Translations under genes and position numbers: made by a program
Origin: the human T2T-CHM13v2.0 reference genome, Homo sapiens
Assembly: GCF_009914755.1 (NCBI RefSeq)
Contig: NC_060933.1
Direction: 5' to 3' (one strand)
Length of the DNA: 64,000 nucleotides
Part shown: piece by piece, positions 1-16,241 of the stretch
Position numbering within the stretch: position 1 is the first letter of the stretch
Layout of the letters: every line of letters begins with the position of its first letter
The notes under the pieces: generated by a model
Told to the model about the DNA's origin: nothing
Seen by the model: only the letters and a program-made list of their open reading frames with translations
The model's database searches: none

Positions 1-64
1 ATTGAGCATTGGTGATGCCAGGCATATGGCAGATGCTTAATAAGTGTTTGCTCAATGAATGAAT
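1..64 (+). mobile_element. L2 3' tail fragment
   Basis: tgccaggcatatggcagatgcttaataagtgtttgctcaatgaatgaat resembles the L2 3' terminus ending in (TGAA)n. Confidence 0.5.
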
Positions 65-1856
65 TAGGACAGGTGTCCCATCATATGTGCCTGGTCACCC
101 TGCACTACTGCATCACTGTAGCCATGCAGCTCCCCACAGAGGTCAGGGGTTAGGCACCGTTCTCATCTGAGTGCCTCTTTTTCTTGAGTATTATATTTCC
201 TTAGAAGTAATTACTCCCAACCCTTGTGTGAGGAATAACCACTTTTCATTTCTGTGAAGCTGACCACACACCTATGTATAGGTGGGGCACCCTTCAAGGG
301 AGCTGGGAAGAGGAAATTCCCAACAGCTATCCTCCTTCCACGCCAACTAGGATTCCGGGGAGAGGAGTGTGGTGGAGGCAGCCATCTTAGGGTTCTGTTA
401 GACCAGACAGAGATTTCTGCATTTGACCTTGACCTGATGATTGGGAACCCTCAGAGCAGTACAGCTGCAGAACATTTCTTCCCTTTCATCAGGCCCAGAC
501 ATTGTTTAGTGAGGAGTTACAGAAAATGTTTTGTTGTTTTCAAGGACTTGAAAAGCACCCTGTCAGCTCTCTCTCAGATAGAATGGAGTGCACCAAGCCT
601 GCGGGGTTCCTTATCTTATAGTTATAACCAATGGAAAACTTGGAGGAGGAAGAATCTTTCTTCCTTCTGCATCTTCTGTCACACCAAGCCTGCTAGGCTG
701 GGCATGTCAGAGCAGGTTCTTTGCTAATACCTAGAGGTTCCTGATAATGCCCAGCTTGGGCTAGACTGGCTGTAAGCCTAGGACAGGTGGGCTATTAGAT
801 AAGCCACAGTGAACTCCTCTTTGTGAATGACAGAATTAGACTACTGAGGCATTCTCAGTTGTTTTCACAATGCAACTGTGCAAACAAGTGATCCTCCATT
901 GAAAAGGAGACCCTTCCTTCCTCCTCCCTACACAGTCTCGTAACCAAGACAAATTACTTTCCCTTCCATGTCCCGACTCCCTCAATTTTCATCTTTATTG
1001 GGCAGATCAAGGATTATATCTTGATCCTTTAAGTTCCCAAACAAAGATGACTTCTTCATCGTTTTAATTTTTGTATTTTGATGGAATAGTTTTTTAAATG
1101 GCTGTCTTCATTTAACGTTTTGGTTGGTTATTTATTCATCTTTCTTGGGGGAGGTAAGTGAACAGGTGGGAATGCACTAACGAAAGGATGGTCTGCCATA
1201 GGAAACTCTACACCAGCAGCCGAGCAGCAAGCATGACCCGCTGTGCCCTGGCTTCTGAATTCTGACACACAGAATTTTTACTGCATGTACGGTTTACTCA
1301 CTGGTCAACAGATTCCTGCTGTTATAAAAATTTTATAGTTGTCTTGTGACAGTATGACTCTGAGGCCCCTAGAGAAGTCTAGGCATAAAAGAATATCTTC
1401 AGATGAGGAGGTTTACTCATGGGGGCCACCCCCAGGAGAGCAGATAAAAACCAGCTAAGAGGAGTATCTGCTGGGGAATGTGTTACTTCCATCTGAACTT
1501 GGAGTTGTGGAAACCACAAAGGTGCATATTGTTATTGCAGTGTTTCCAGCTAGGTATTGTTTATTTGTCCTTAATTGATGTGACATTTCTAAGGATAATC
1601 TTGACTAGCATTCCTTCAGGAGCAATGATGGGGAAAGATGACTTACTTTCAGTTACTTACCTACTGGCTTCCCGAGCCTTCCCTTTTGGATTATACCATC
1701 TTCCGAGAAATTAGCACGTAAATTATGGTCAGTTGAAGTAATGACCTATTAACTAGGCCAATGACTCCCTCCATAAAAGCAACACAGAATTATATATCTA
1801 TTTTTCCAGAAACTTTAATTCTTTTCTGACTGAACCCGTATAAACTTTTGAGATTA

Positions 1857-2240
1857 TGATATAGTTTGTATATTTGTCCCTGTCCAGATCTTATGTGGAG
1901 CCTGGGGAGAGTTGATTGGATCATGGGGGCGATTTCTCATGAATGGTTTAACACCATCCTCTTGGTGCTGTCCTAGTGATTGTGAGTTCTCGGGAGATCT
2001 GGTTGTTTTAAAGTGTGGCACCTCCCTACTCCCTCTGGCTCTTGCTTTTGCATGTGAAGTGCAACTCCTGTTTAGTCTTCCACCATGAATAAAAACTCCC
2101 TGAAGCCTTCCTAGAAGCTAAGCAGATGCCAGAGCCATGAACGTACAGCTTGCAGAACCATGAGCCAATCAAACTTCTTTTCTCTATAAATTGTCTAGTC
2201 TTGGTATTTCTTTATAGTAATGCAAGAAGAAACTAATACA
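1857..2240 (+). mobile_element. MST (MSTB-like) MaLR solo LTR
   Basis: Begins TGATATAGTTTG and ends CTAATACA; typical MST body (ggatcatgggggc..., cagaaccatgagccaat); perfect 5-bp TSD GATTA at 1852-1856 and 2241-2245. Confidence 0.85.
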
Positions 2241-2619
2241 GATTAGTGTGCATTTTTTTCCCTCTGAATTAAAAACAACCTTTGTAATCCTGGTTTTTAG
2301 CATCCTATAAGGCACATGGAAAGGGCTGTTACTGCAGAAAGAATAAACAAAGGAGTGAATGAAATGGCCTTCATGCTTTTGGGGTCCACTGAACGCTTTA
2401 CTCTTTGGAGCCTGCTGCATTGCTGTCAAGTCTCATCAAAACCATAGCTTCAAAAGCTACTGCGTTTAGCCTCACAGATTTTGGATAATCATTGAGCCAC
2501 AAAAATGCTGCTGATGACATAAGTTTTCAATGGTCAATGAGCATTTCCATGGTTATCTCTTCCTTTGTTTGCCTATCCAAAGGCCTAAAAGCACAAACTA
2601 TATGCACCGAAGAGTTCTC

Positions 2620-2931
2620 TTTTTTTTTTTTTTTTTTTTTTTTGAGACGGAGTCTCGCTCTGTCGCCCAGGCTGGAGTGCAGTGGCGCAATCTCGGCTCA
2701 CTGCAAGCTCCGCCTCCCGGGTTCATGCCATTCTCCTACCTCAGCCTCCTGAGTAGCTGGGACTACAGGCGACCGCAACCTCGCCCAGCTAATTTTTTTT
2801 TTTTTGTATTTTTAGTAGAGATGGGGTTTCACCATGTTAGCCAGGATGGTCTCGATCTCCTGACCTCGTGATCCACCCGCCTCGGCCTCCCAAAGTACTG
2901 GGATTACAGGCGTGAGCCACCGTGCCCTGTC
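2620..2931 (-). mobile_element. AluY
   Basis: Full dimer with T24 tail; Y diagnostics (gcaagctccgcc, gccattctcc, gttagccaggatggtctcgatctcc); TSD GAGTTCTC at 2612-2619 and 2932-2939. Confidence 0.95.
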
Positions 2932-3599
2932 GAGTTCTCCTCTTTATCCCATGAAACCCAAGGGAAAAATATAAAAAGAATGGTGCATGATTTAGCATTG
3001 TTTTTTGTTAGATCCATTTTCTGGTTCTTTCTAGGTCAGTTCTGATTTCTCAGGCCTATGCATGTGGGCCAGTGTGAATTTGCATGGTTACCTAGAGACA
3101 TAGTGCTCTAAACTTAACCAGACATTGAAGGAACTCACCAAATTTCTAAGGTAACAGGAAAACTGTTGTGATTCTAGACTCAATAATTTATGGTCATGCC
3201 ACAAATGCTGAGTTGGGGTGTCAAGCCCTGTGGCCGCACTCCTATTAGTGGTATTCCTCCTTAAGGACCCAGCTTGAGCTGTCCTGTTCCTGGCTTGTGT
3301 ATTCTTCCATCACTAATTACATAATAATAACAGCTTCCATTTGTCCTGTGCTTTGAAAAGAGATGGTGGTTATAAAGGATCTTCTTTACACATTGTGAAA
3401 CGTGCAATGGACCATTCATCACAGAGATGATGAGCTTTATTCATTCATTCATCTATTATTCTAGATGTCCAGCACAATGCCTGGCAGGCAGGAGGCACTG
3501 AGTCAACACATGCGTGTTGAGTGAATGAGAAAAATTATCACATTATATCTAGTTTTGGAAAAGTGTGCCAAGGCTATAAGAAGTTTTTAATGCACAAAA

Positions 3600-3830
3600 A
3601 CTTACATTATTTAATGCCAGGCACAATTTTAAATGCCTTACCTATATTAACCCATTTAGTCTTCATAACTATCCCTAGAGGTGATTATAGATCACCCCCT
3701 TATAGATGGGGAAGCTGACTATGTGTGGAGGTTGAGTGAGTTTTCCGAGTCAGTGAATGGCAGAGCTGAGATTTGAACACAGGCATTCTGTGTAAAGAGA
3801 TTGTACCTTTAACCATGATCTCATACTGCC
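3600..3830 (-). mobile_element. MIR SINE
   Basis: Antisense MIR core (cccccttatagatggggaagctgac...ggcagagctgagatttgaacacaggca). Confidence 0.7.
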
Positions 3831-4725
3831 TTTCAAGTTACGATACTGCTAATGTTTGTAGGTTCTCAGGAGAAGGAGCACACACACAAAGTAATTCCTT
3901 AAAAACAACATAGGCTGTTAGTTCCAAGTCTCTTCTAGACTTGAAGCAAATGTCTGGGATTTAGTTAGGGAGTTAGGGAGGATGAGTGGCATCTGTTGAA
4001 CACACCAGAGTGCTAAAATCTTATCTTTGCTGATTTCCTAACTCATATTTCAAGTCACACAAGAAATACTTCTGGATTTATTTGTCCCAAGGAACTTACA
4101 CAAAAGGCATTTGATTTAATGACGTCAAGTGATCAGTATTTGTCCAGTAGTCTTATCTCGAGTGTTATGAAACTATTTTTATTGTTTCCTTTTGAGCAGC
4201 TATAGAGACGGTTTCACAGCTAATTCCCATTTCTGTGCTGCTTCCTTAGCATATGGTTGGTTGTGCACGTCTAGACAGTCAACCCATAGAGTTGCGCATG
4301 AAACAAAACTTGAAGATAATGAATCATGAATCTGAATCATGGATCCAGTTCCACAGGCACCTCACTAGTGTTCTCTTTTCTATTTGTAATTTTCAATTTT
4401 GGCTACTGCTACTGTTTGTGAAAGTAACATATGCATGTTGGCACAAATGAGGCAATATAAATATATAGAAAGAAAAAGTAAATTAATCATTCGACTATTT
4501 TTATGTAGATCTATTTTTGAGCTCTCTATTCTGTTCCATTGATCTTTTTGTCTCTCCTTTCACCAATACCAGACTCTCTTACTTACTGTAGCTTTATGGT
4601 CATTTAGTGTCAGTCTTTTAGCTTTGTTCTTTTACTTCAATGTTGTGTTAGCTGGTCTGGGTCTTTTGTCTCTCCAAATAAACTTTAAAATCAGGTTTCA
4701 ATACCCACAGAATAACTTGCTGAGA

Positions 4726-4954
4726 TTTTTTTTCTTTCTTTTCTTATCCTTTCTTTCTTCTCTTTCTTTCTTTCCTCTTTCTCTCTTTCTCTCTCTCTTT
4801 CTTTCTTCTCTTTCTCTCTCTCTTTCTTTCTTTTTTTTGAGACAGATTCTTGCTATGTTTCACAGTCTGGTCTTAAACTCCTAGGCTCGAGTGATCTTCC
4901 TGCCTCAGCCTCCAAAGTGGCTGGGACTATAGGTGCCCATCACTGCACCCTACC
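4726..4954 (-). mobile_element. FLAM Alu monomer with (TTTC/TC)n tail
   Basis: Single monomer at 4838-4954, pyrimidine microsatellite tail at 4726-4838; degenerate TSD cttgctgagatttt / cttactgaaatttt. Confidence 0.8.
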
Positions 4955-6088
4955 TTACTGAAATTTTGATTGGTATTACACTGAATGTATACATCAAGTT
5001 GTGAAGAACTTGCATCTTGATAATATTGAGTCTTCCAATTCATGCACATGGAATATTTCATTTATTTAGTTCTTTTCTTAGAGTTTTATAGCTTTCCTTG
5101 AACAGATTTTGTACATATTTTGTTAGATTTGTACCTAAGTATTTCATTTTTTTTGAGTGTGAATATAAATGATATTGTGTTTCAGTTTCTACTTACTCAT
5201 TGCAGGTATGTGGGAAAGTGATTGACTTTTGTGTATTAACCTTGCATCCTTCATCCTTACTTACTATAGTTGCTTATTAGTTCCAAGAGTGTTTTTTGTT
5301 GTTGCTGTTGATTCTTTTGGGCTTTTTATGTAGACTATCATGTCATCTGTGAAAAAAGACAGTTTTATTTCTTCCTCCTCAATCTATTTAACTTTTATTT
5401 CATTTTCTTGTCTCATTGAATTAGCTAGGACTTCCAATACAATGTTGAAAAGCAGTACTGAGAGAGGATGCCTTTGCTTTGATCCTGATCTTAATGGGAA
5501 AACTTCCAGTTTCTCACCATTAGGTATGAGGTTAGCTGCAGGTTTTTGTAGACACTCCTTATCAGGTTGAGGAAGTTTCCCTCTATTTAGCCTTGATTAC
5601 TGAGAGTTTTTGTCATGAATGAATGTTGAATTTTTAAAATACTTTTTTTGCATGTTTTGAGATGATCATATGTTTGTTTGTTCTTTACCCTGCAGATGTC
5701 ATGTATTACATCAATTGAGTTTTGAATGTTGAACCAGCCTTGCATACCTGAGATAAATCCCACTTGGTCGTGGTTTATAATCCCTTTTAGACATTGTTGG
5801 TTTTGATTTGCTATTTTTTGAGCATTTTGCATCTATGTTCATGAAAGATATTGGTCTGTAATTTTCTTGTAATGTCTTTGTCTGGTTTTGTTATTAGGGT
5901 AATGTTGGCCTCATAGAATGAGTTAAGAAGTATTCTTTCTACTTCTATCTTCTGTAAAAGATTATACGAAATTGGTATAATTTCTTTCTTAAATGTTTGG
6001 AAGAATTCGCTAGTGACTGAGCCTGGTGCTTTCTATTTTGGAAGGTGGTTGATAATGTACTTAATTTCTTTAATAAATATAGGTCTAT

Positions 6089-6363
6089 AACTCCTATAAT
6101 CCCAGCACTTTGGGAGGCTGAGGCGGGTGAATTACTTGAGGTCAGGAGTTCAAGACAAGCCTGGCCAACATGATGAAACCCCATCCTTACTAAAAATAAA
6201 AAAATTAGCCAAGCATGGTCTCACATGCCTGCAATCCTAGCTGCTTGGGAAGCTGAGGCACAAGAATCACTTGAACCTGGGAGCTGGAGGTTGCAGTGAG
6301 CTGAGATTGTGCCGTTGCACTCCAGCCTGGGTGATAGAGCGAGACTCCATGTCAATAAATAAA
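6089..6363 (+). mobile_element. AluS (Sx/Sz-like), ~20 nt 5'-truncated
   Basis: Dimer with (AAAT)n tail; TSD taataaatataggtctat (6071-6088) / taataaatatacgtctat (6364-6381). Confidence 0.9.
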
Positions 6364-7007
6364 TAATAAATATACGTCTATTCAGAGTCTCTATTTTTTC
6401 TTGTGTGAGTTTTAGAAAATTGTGTCTTTCAAGAAATTGGTTTATTTCACCTAGGTTATCAAATTTGGGCATAAAGTTGCTTATAATATTTCTTTATTAT
6501 CCATTTAATGTCCATGAGATCTGTCCCCTCTTTCATTTCTGATATTAGTCATTTTTGTCCTCTTTTTTTCCTGGTTAACTGGCCAAAGACATCAATTTTA
6601 TTGACTTATTTTCAGAGAACCAGTTTTTTTATTTTATTGATTTTCTATATTAATTTCTTTAAAAATTTTATTTGCTCCATTTAAAAAAATTATTTCATTT
6701 CTTCTGCTTACATTGAATTTAGTTTGCTCTTCTATTTTCAGTTTCCTAAGATGGAAACTTGGATGACTAATTGTAACTCTTTCTTCTTTTCTAATATTTG
6801 CATTCAATTCTGTGAACTTCCCTCTAAGCACCACTTCTGCTGTATCCCACAAATTTTAATGAGCTGTGTTTCCATTTTCATTCAGCTTAAAGTATTTTAA
6901 AATTTCTCTTGAAATTTCTTCTTCGACCCCTGAGTTATTCAGAAGTGTGTTGTTTGATCTCCAAATATTTTAGGATTTTCCAGCTCTCTTTCTGTTATTG
7001 ACTTCTA

Positions 7008-7652
<645 letters not shown>

Positions 7653-8201
7653 TTATTAAGTGTATACACATTAAGAAATTAACCCATTTATCATTTAATG
7701 CCACTCTTTATCCCCAATAACTTTCTGTGCTCTGAAGTCTGTTCTTTCTAAAATTAACGTAGATATTCCAGATTTTTAAAATTAGGGTTAGCGTATATAT
7801 ATTTATCCATCTGTATACTTTTAATCTATATGTATCTTTATATTTAAAGTGGATTTCTAGGGTCCTGTTTTTTGATCAACTCTGACAATCACTTTCTTTA
7901 ATTGATACATTTAGACCATTGATGTTCAAAGTGATTAATGATATAATTGGGTAAATATATACCATATTAGTTACTGTTTTCTATTTGTTGCCCTTGTTCT
8001 TTGTTCCTTTTTTTGTTTTCTACTCTTTTTCCTCCTTTCAACTGAGTTTTCTTCAGTTAAAACTCCTAGGGCTTTAACTGAGCATTTTATATGATTCCAT
8101 TTTGTCTCCTTTCTTAGCATATCAGTTGTACTTCCTTTTCTGCTTTTTTTAGTAGTTGCCCTAGAGTTTGCAATTTATATTTACAACGAAACCAAGTGAA
8201 C

Positions 8202-8499
8202 TTTTATTTTTTTGAGATGGAGTCTCTTACTCTGTCGCCCAGGCTTGAGTGCAGTGGTGCAATCTTGGCTCACTGAAACCTCTGCCTCCTGGGTTCAAGT
8301 GATTCTCCTGCCTCAGCCTTCTAAGAAGCTGGGATTACAGGCACACACTACCATGCCTGGCTAATTTTTTTTCATATTTTTAGTAGAGACGGGGTTTCAC
8401 CATGTTGGTCAGGCTGGTCTCAAACTCCTGACCTTGTGAACTGCCTGTCTCGGCCTCCCAAAGTGCTAGAATTACAGGTGTGAGTCAATGCATCTGGCC
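8202..8499 (-). mobile_element. AluS (Sg-like)
   Basis: Full dimer with the ctgaccttgtga 2-bp-deletion diagnostic; TSD accaagtg at 8191 and 8500. Confidence 0.9.
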
Positions 8500-9434
8500 A
8501 CCAAGTGCATTTCCAAATAACAGTATACTGCTTCACAGGTAGTGTGAGTACCTTATATAATAAAATAATCCCAATTTTTCCCTCTCATCCCTGTATCATT
8601 GTTATCATTCATTTCACTTACACATAAACACAAACACACACATGTAATTAAATATATTGTTGCTATTGTTATTTTGAACAAACTCTCATCTCTTAGATTA
8701 AGAATAAGAAAATTACGGTATTTATTTTACCTTCATTTAATCCTTATTCCTTCTTCAGTGTTCTTCCTTTCTTTATGTAGGTCCAAGTTTCAGGCTTATG
8801 TGATTTTCCTACCCTTTCAAGAACTTTTTCAAAACATTTCTTGCAAGGCGGGTCTACTGGCAACAAATTTCCTCAATTTTCGTTTGTGTAAGACTGTAAG
8901 TATCCTTGGCTTTTGAAGAATATTTTCACAGGGTACAGAATTCCAGGTTGGTGGCTTTTTCTCTCAACACTTTAAATATTTCACTCCACCCTATTCATGC
9001 CTTGCATGGTTCCTGAGGAGAAGTAGATGTAATTCATAATTTTGCTTCTCTGTATGGAAAAGTAGATGTAATTCTAATTTTGCCTCTCTGTAGGTAAAGT
9101 TTTTTTTTTTTTTTAACCTCTGGCTTCTCTCAGGAGTTTTTCTTTATCATTTTTTTATGAAAATGAGAGGCATATCATTTTTGAAAATGATAGGCAGTTC
9201 ATTTGAAAATGATAAGCCTAGGTGTAGTGTTTTGGGGCATTTATCCTGCTTGGTGTTCTCTGAGCTTTCTGATCTGTGGTTTGGTATCTGAGATTAATTT
9301 GGGGAAAATTCTCTATCACCATTGTTTCTAATATTTCTTCTTTTCCTCTTTCTTCTCCTTCTGATATTCTCAGTATGTGTGTGTTACAACTTATGTAGTT
9401 GTTCCACAGTTCTTGAATATTCTGTTCTGTTCTG

Positions 9435-9732
9435 TTTGTTTATTTGTATAAGACAGGGACTTGCTCTGTTGCCCAGACTAGAGTGCAATGGAACAATTAT
9501 AGCTCACTGTAATCTCAAACTCCCATGCTCAGGTGATCCTCATGCCTCAGCCTCCCAAGTAGTTAGGACCACAGGTGTGCACCATCATGCCTCGCTAATT
9601 AAATTTTTTTTTTTATAGAGTTAAGGTCTCACTGTATCACCCAGGCTGGTCTTGCACTCCTGGCCTCAAGTGGTCCTCCTGCCTCAGACTCCCAAAGCAC
9701 CGGGATTACAGGTGTGGGCCACCATGCCCTGG
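9435..9732 (-). mobile_element. AluJ
   Basis: J diagnostics (atagctcactg, gctcaggtgatcctc, ggcctcaagtggtcctcc). Confidence 0.88.
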
Positions 9733-10770
9733 TGGTGGTGTTTTTTGTTTTTGTTTTTTTTTTCTTTTTTCTTTTATTAAAGTCTTTTTTTCTCTTTGCC
9801 TTTCCATTTTGGAGATTTTTATTTAGATACCTCAAACTTGGAGAATCTTTCCTTAACTATGTTCAGTCTACTAGTAAGCCCATTAAAGGTATTCTTTATT
9901 TGCATTACAATGTTTTGATCTCTACTATTTTATTTATTTTTCTTAGAATTCCTATTTCTGCTTACACTGCACATCTGTTCTTGCATGCTGTGTACTTTAT
10001 CCACTAGAGCCCTTATTGTATTAATCATAATTGTTTTGAATTCCCAGTCTGATCGTCATCCCAACATTCCTGCCACATGAGTCTGGTTTTGATGCTTGCT
10101 ATGTCTCTTCAAAATGTTTTTCGCCTTTCAGTATTTCTTGTAATTTTTTCCTTTATATCCAGACATAATGCACTGGGTAAAAGGAACTGCTATAAATAGG
10201 TCTTTAGCAATGTGAAGGTCAGGCGCGGTTAGGGGAAGTGTTCTACTGTCCTGTGATTAGGTCTTAGTCTTTTAGGGCCTCAGGATTGTGAACTTCATAT
10301 ATGCTTCTCAGTAATTTTGTCCCTCCTCACCCCACACCCCGCTGAAGGTGGAACAGAATGGCTAATGGGGTCTGGAGTTGATTATTTTTCTTCCCCCAGG
10401 TCAGTTAGGTTAATATAAAACCCCAGCAGGTCTGAGCTCCTTAAATAGTTTCTGCTGAGGGCAGGCCTTGTTAAGAAGCACGGGAATGTTCTGGTGTATT
10501 TCACAATAATTCCTTTTCCTCTGCCCTGTGGAAGCACAATGGAATTTCTAAAATAATATTCACTAGGAGAACCTGGTAGAGCTCCAGGGGACAAAACTCA
10601 CAAGTGGGGGCTCCCCTAGGACAGCGTCCCCTACGGCGATTAATCTCTCACAGTCATCCATACTGAGCCTTCAGCAACTTGTCAATTGTAGTTCAGGTTT
10701 CCCCACCCTGGCACTGATTTCCAAGGGGGGCTGTGATTCTCTGTATTTGCCTATCTGTCTCTCCAGTTAG

Positions 10771-11146
<376 letters not shown>

Positions 11147-11519
11147 AGTTTTTCAGTTTGTTTAGCTTTCACTTGTTAGGATAATGCAGTGACCTCCAAG
11201 CTTCTCATTTGCTGGACCAGACACCAAAAGTCTCCTTTTTAAAAAACAAAACAAAAAACCCAATAATTGATCATGGCTATATCCCAATTTCTTAGAACAT
11301 AACTTTGCACATGGAAGATGCCCAATAAACATTTATTGAGTGACTAAATGATAAAGGGGCTGTGTGCATTTTACAGGGCTCATCTGATTTTCTAACTTGC
11401 TATTGGATGGGGACATGGGTTCTTCACATCTAAGTCTCATTCTTCCTAAATCCCCTGCAATTCACTTCTACTCATGTGGCAGCCAGGAAGTGTTTCTTAT
11501 ACTTACAGCTTGCTTTTTA

Positions 11520-12450
11520 TTTCCTTTTATAAAAAAGAACTTTTTAAGATATAATTCACATACCATACAACTTACCCATTGAAAGTGTGTGAATCCATGA
11601 GTTTTTAGTTACATCCACAGACGTGTGTGACCATCACCAAAGTCAATCTGAGAACATTTTCATCACCTCAAAAAGAAACCCCATTGTCTTTAGCTATCAC
11701 CCTATTTTTCTCCCTCTCTATCCCTCATCCTGAAAAAACCAGTAATATACTTTCTGTTGCTACAGATTTCCTGGTTATGGACATTTTCTATGAATAGAAT
11801 CACATAATATGTGGTCTTTTGTGACTGTCTTCTTTCACTCTGCATGTTTTCAAGGTTCTTTCATGTCGTGGCATGTGTCGGTTTCTCATTCCTTTTTAAG
11901 GCTGAATAATATTTCATTTTATGGATATACCACTTTTGTTAATCTAGTCTTCAGTCGATGGACGTTTGGATTGTTTTTAACATGGGGCTATTATGAAAAA
12001 TGTTGCTATGAACATTTATGCACATATTTTTGTGTAGACATATCTTTTTATTTTTAGGTATATACATGGGAGGACTGGAATTTCTGGGTCATATAGTTTG
12101 TTAACTTTTTGAGAAACTGCCAGACTGTTTTCCAGAGCACCATTTTTCATTCTCACCACCACTATATAAGGGTTTTAATTTCTTTTCATATATGCCAACA
12201 CTTGATATTATCTGACTTTTTAATTCTAGCCACCCTAGTAGGTGAAGCATGAATCATGGAATTATGATTTTGATTTGCATTTCCCTAATGACTCATGATG
12301 TCAAGCATCTTTTCATGTGCTTGTTGGCCATTTGTATATCTTCTTTGGAAGAATAATCTATTGCCCATATTGAAATTGAATTATTTACCTTTTCATCTTT
12401 GAGTTGTAAGAGTTCTTTATATATATAAGTCCCTTATCGGATATACATAG
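11520..12450 (-). mobile_element. L1MB-type 3' end
   Basis: agatataattcacataccataca...aacattttcatcacctcaaaaagaaaccc...gttttgatttgcatttccctaatgact-like antisense L1MB 3' UTR and ORF2 end. Confidence 0.8.
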
Positions 12451-13674
12451 CTTTTTTTTTTAACTGAAGTTTTTTACATGGTATTCCCCACTTTCTTCAC
12501 TCTTGTGTGATGTGCCCACATGGTACACAGGGAAATCAAGAGGAAAAACAATCCCTTTTGTAAAAGGACAAAGTATGAATGTCTTTAGCTGGCATTCAAG
12601 AGCATGTCATGTCTGTTTTCCCACCCTGATAAATCCAGAAGCAATAAACCCAGAATTACTCGTTCTTAAAAACTACCTCATTGCAGAGGACTGCTTGTTG
12701 GGTAGTGGATTAATGTCCAAACCTCTTAGCTAATTAGTGTGAAACACAAATCACCTTTATGTAATATGGCTTGACAATAAAATGAGAAGTCAAAGCAGAT
12801 GTTTCATCTGGATGTCTGCCCCTTAGAACCTTTGATGGGCTGCTTTGTGCTTTCTCTAGTACAGTGCTGTTAACATCCATATTATGAGTAACAATTTCTA
12901 TTTTGCACAATCAATCACTTCATGGAAAAATTCAACAGCACTTTATATATTAAGGTTATTTTCTGGAGGGCAAATGCAGACCAAATTTTGAACAATTGGA
13001 TTTCATTTCAGAGTGGAGTTTTAGTGGACTTCTGTGATAGGAAAAGTCTGAATTAGCAAGGAGACAAGACCAGTGGTACTGATAGTGAGGTAAGCGTTAA
13101 GTTGCAAAAGGAGAAAGTAATATTCGCGATCCAGAAAACCCTCCCCAAAAGACTTTGAAATTTTTAGTAGACATGTTATATCTAAATTGGTATCTGAAGC
13201 TATTATTCCAAGGACATTGCTTTGGATAGATGTCTGACATTCGTCCTTGTTGCATAAGCTATCTTACATTTCAAGAACATGTTTTGTAATGGTAATCGGT
13301 GAATGATAAATTTGGTAGTAATCATCAGCTGTTCAGAAATTGAAATATGCGGTCTGTGGCAATATGAATATTTGTTTTTAATTTGTTGACTTGGTGATTT
13401 TAAAACAAACCACCCTAAGGAGGAATGCTTCACAACAGAGCCTTAATAATTATTGAAGGCCAAAAACATGATGTGAAACCAACTTGCCAAATTACGAGTT
13501 GGTTGGGCCTGTGAAGGCGGTGTTCACTCTGAGAATGGAGGTGTTCGGGAAGAAGCACTGTAAACCATAAACAGGGCTTCCTAGGATGCTTATGGAGACT
13601 TGTGTCTACCTGGCCCTTCTGTGCAGGCCACAGTACATTGCTTGGGTTTCCACTGGCATCTTCACTTTGGCTGG

Positions 13675-13890
13675 GAAAAGAAGAGATGTGGGAATCAGAT
13701 AGACCTGGGTTGCCCTCCTAGGTCCATCCCTTCACAACTGAATGATGCAGAATAAGTTACTTGGCATCTGTAAGACTCTGGTTTGCATCTCTACAGAGAT
13801 GAGAATCTACTTCATCTCACATTGCCAGGAATAAATGAGAACAGACCTATAAGATGCTTACTCCAGGATCTAGCCCAATGCAGATGCCAC
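13675..13890 (+). mobile_element. MIR SINE (diverged)
   Basis: gaatcagatagacctgggtt...aagttactt...aataaatgaga. Confidence 0.55.
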
Positions 13891-14149
13891 ATGCTCCTTT
13901 CCTGCTTTTCACCTTTTGCTTTCTGTCCCCTTTCCTCCACCAAGCTGCTCCTCCACAATTGAGGCCAATTCAGTACTTGAGCTTGTGGAGAAGTTTGTTT
14001 CATCTATTGCTGAAAAAGAAGAGTGCCTGAAAGCCCAGCCATAGATCCATGTGAAGGTAGAATGCCCTTCTAGTTATTCTTGACCCTGGCTGTGAATACC
14101 CTCTACCTTCTGCTCACCTTGTGGGTATATCCCTTAAGAGGCAATGCAG

Positions 14150-15330
<1,181 letters not shown>

Positions 15331-15531
15331 AACAAAGAGTTAGAACTTAACCTACTGATTTGACAACTGTTATATACTGAAAAAAAAAATCAGAATAATG
15401 GGAGTAGTAGTATTTTAATTTGTAAAGTCAAGCTAACCAACCCGCTGAACCTGAACCCATCACTCTACCTACTTAGATATGTGTGCATCCTTTTGAATTT
15501 ACATATGCTTGCGTACATGTATATGAGCCTA

Positions 15532-15909
<378 letters not shown>

Positions 15910-15952
15910 TCATACATCTTGTGATGGTATACTTTTATAATTATAATTGCAA

Positions 15953-16241
15953 TTTTATTTTATTTTACTTTTTGAGACAGTTTCACTCGTTGCCCAGGCT
16001 GGAGTGCAATGGCATGTTCTGCACTCAACCTCTGCCTCCTGCGTTCAAGCGACTCTCCTGCCTCAGCCTCCCAAGTAGCTGGGATTACAGGCACCCATCA
16101 CCATGCCTGGCTAATTATTTTAGGAGAGGCGGGGTTTCCCCATGTTGGCCAGGCTGGTCTTGAACTCCTGACCTCAGGTGATCTGCTCACCTCCGCCTCC
16201 CAAAGTGCTAGGATTATAGGTGTGAGCCATCATGCCTGGCC
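15953..16241 (-). mobile_element. AluS (with small deletions)
   Basis: Antisense dimer with (TTTTA)n tail, ~75 bp from the preceding plus-strand Alu. Confidence 0.9.

Noticed and set aside
254-727. 157-aa ORF in non-repetitive DNA
   Set aside because: Starts at GTG, has no recognisable domain and no promoter or exon context; a chance ORF of this length is unsurprising in 64 kb.
3503-3520. Small palindrome tcaacac-atgc-gtgttga
   Set aside because: A 7-bp stem inside an L2 tail; expected by chance.
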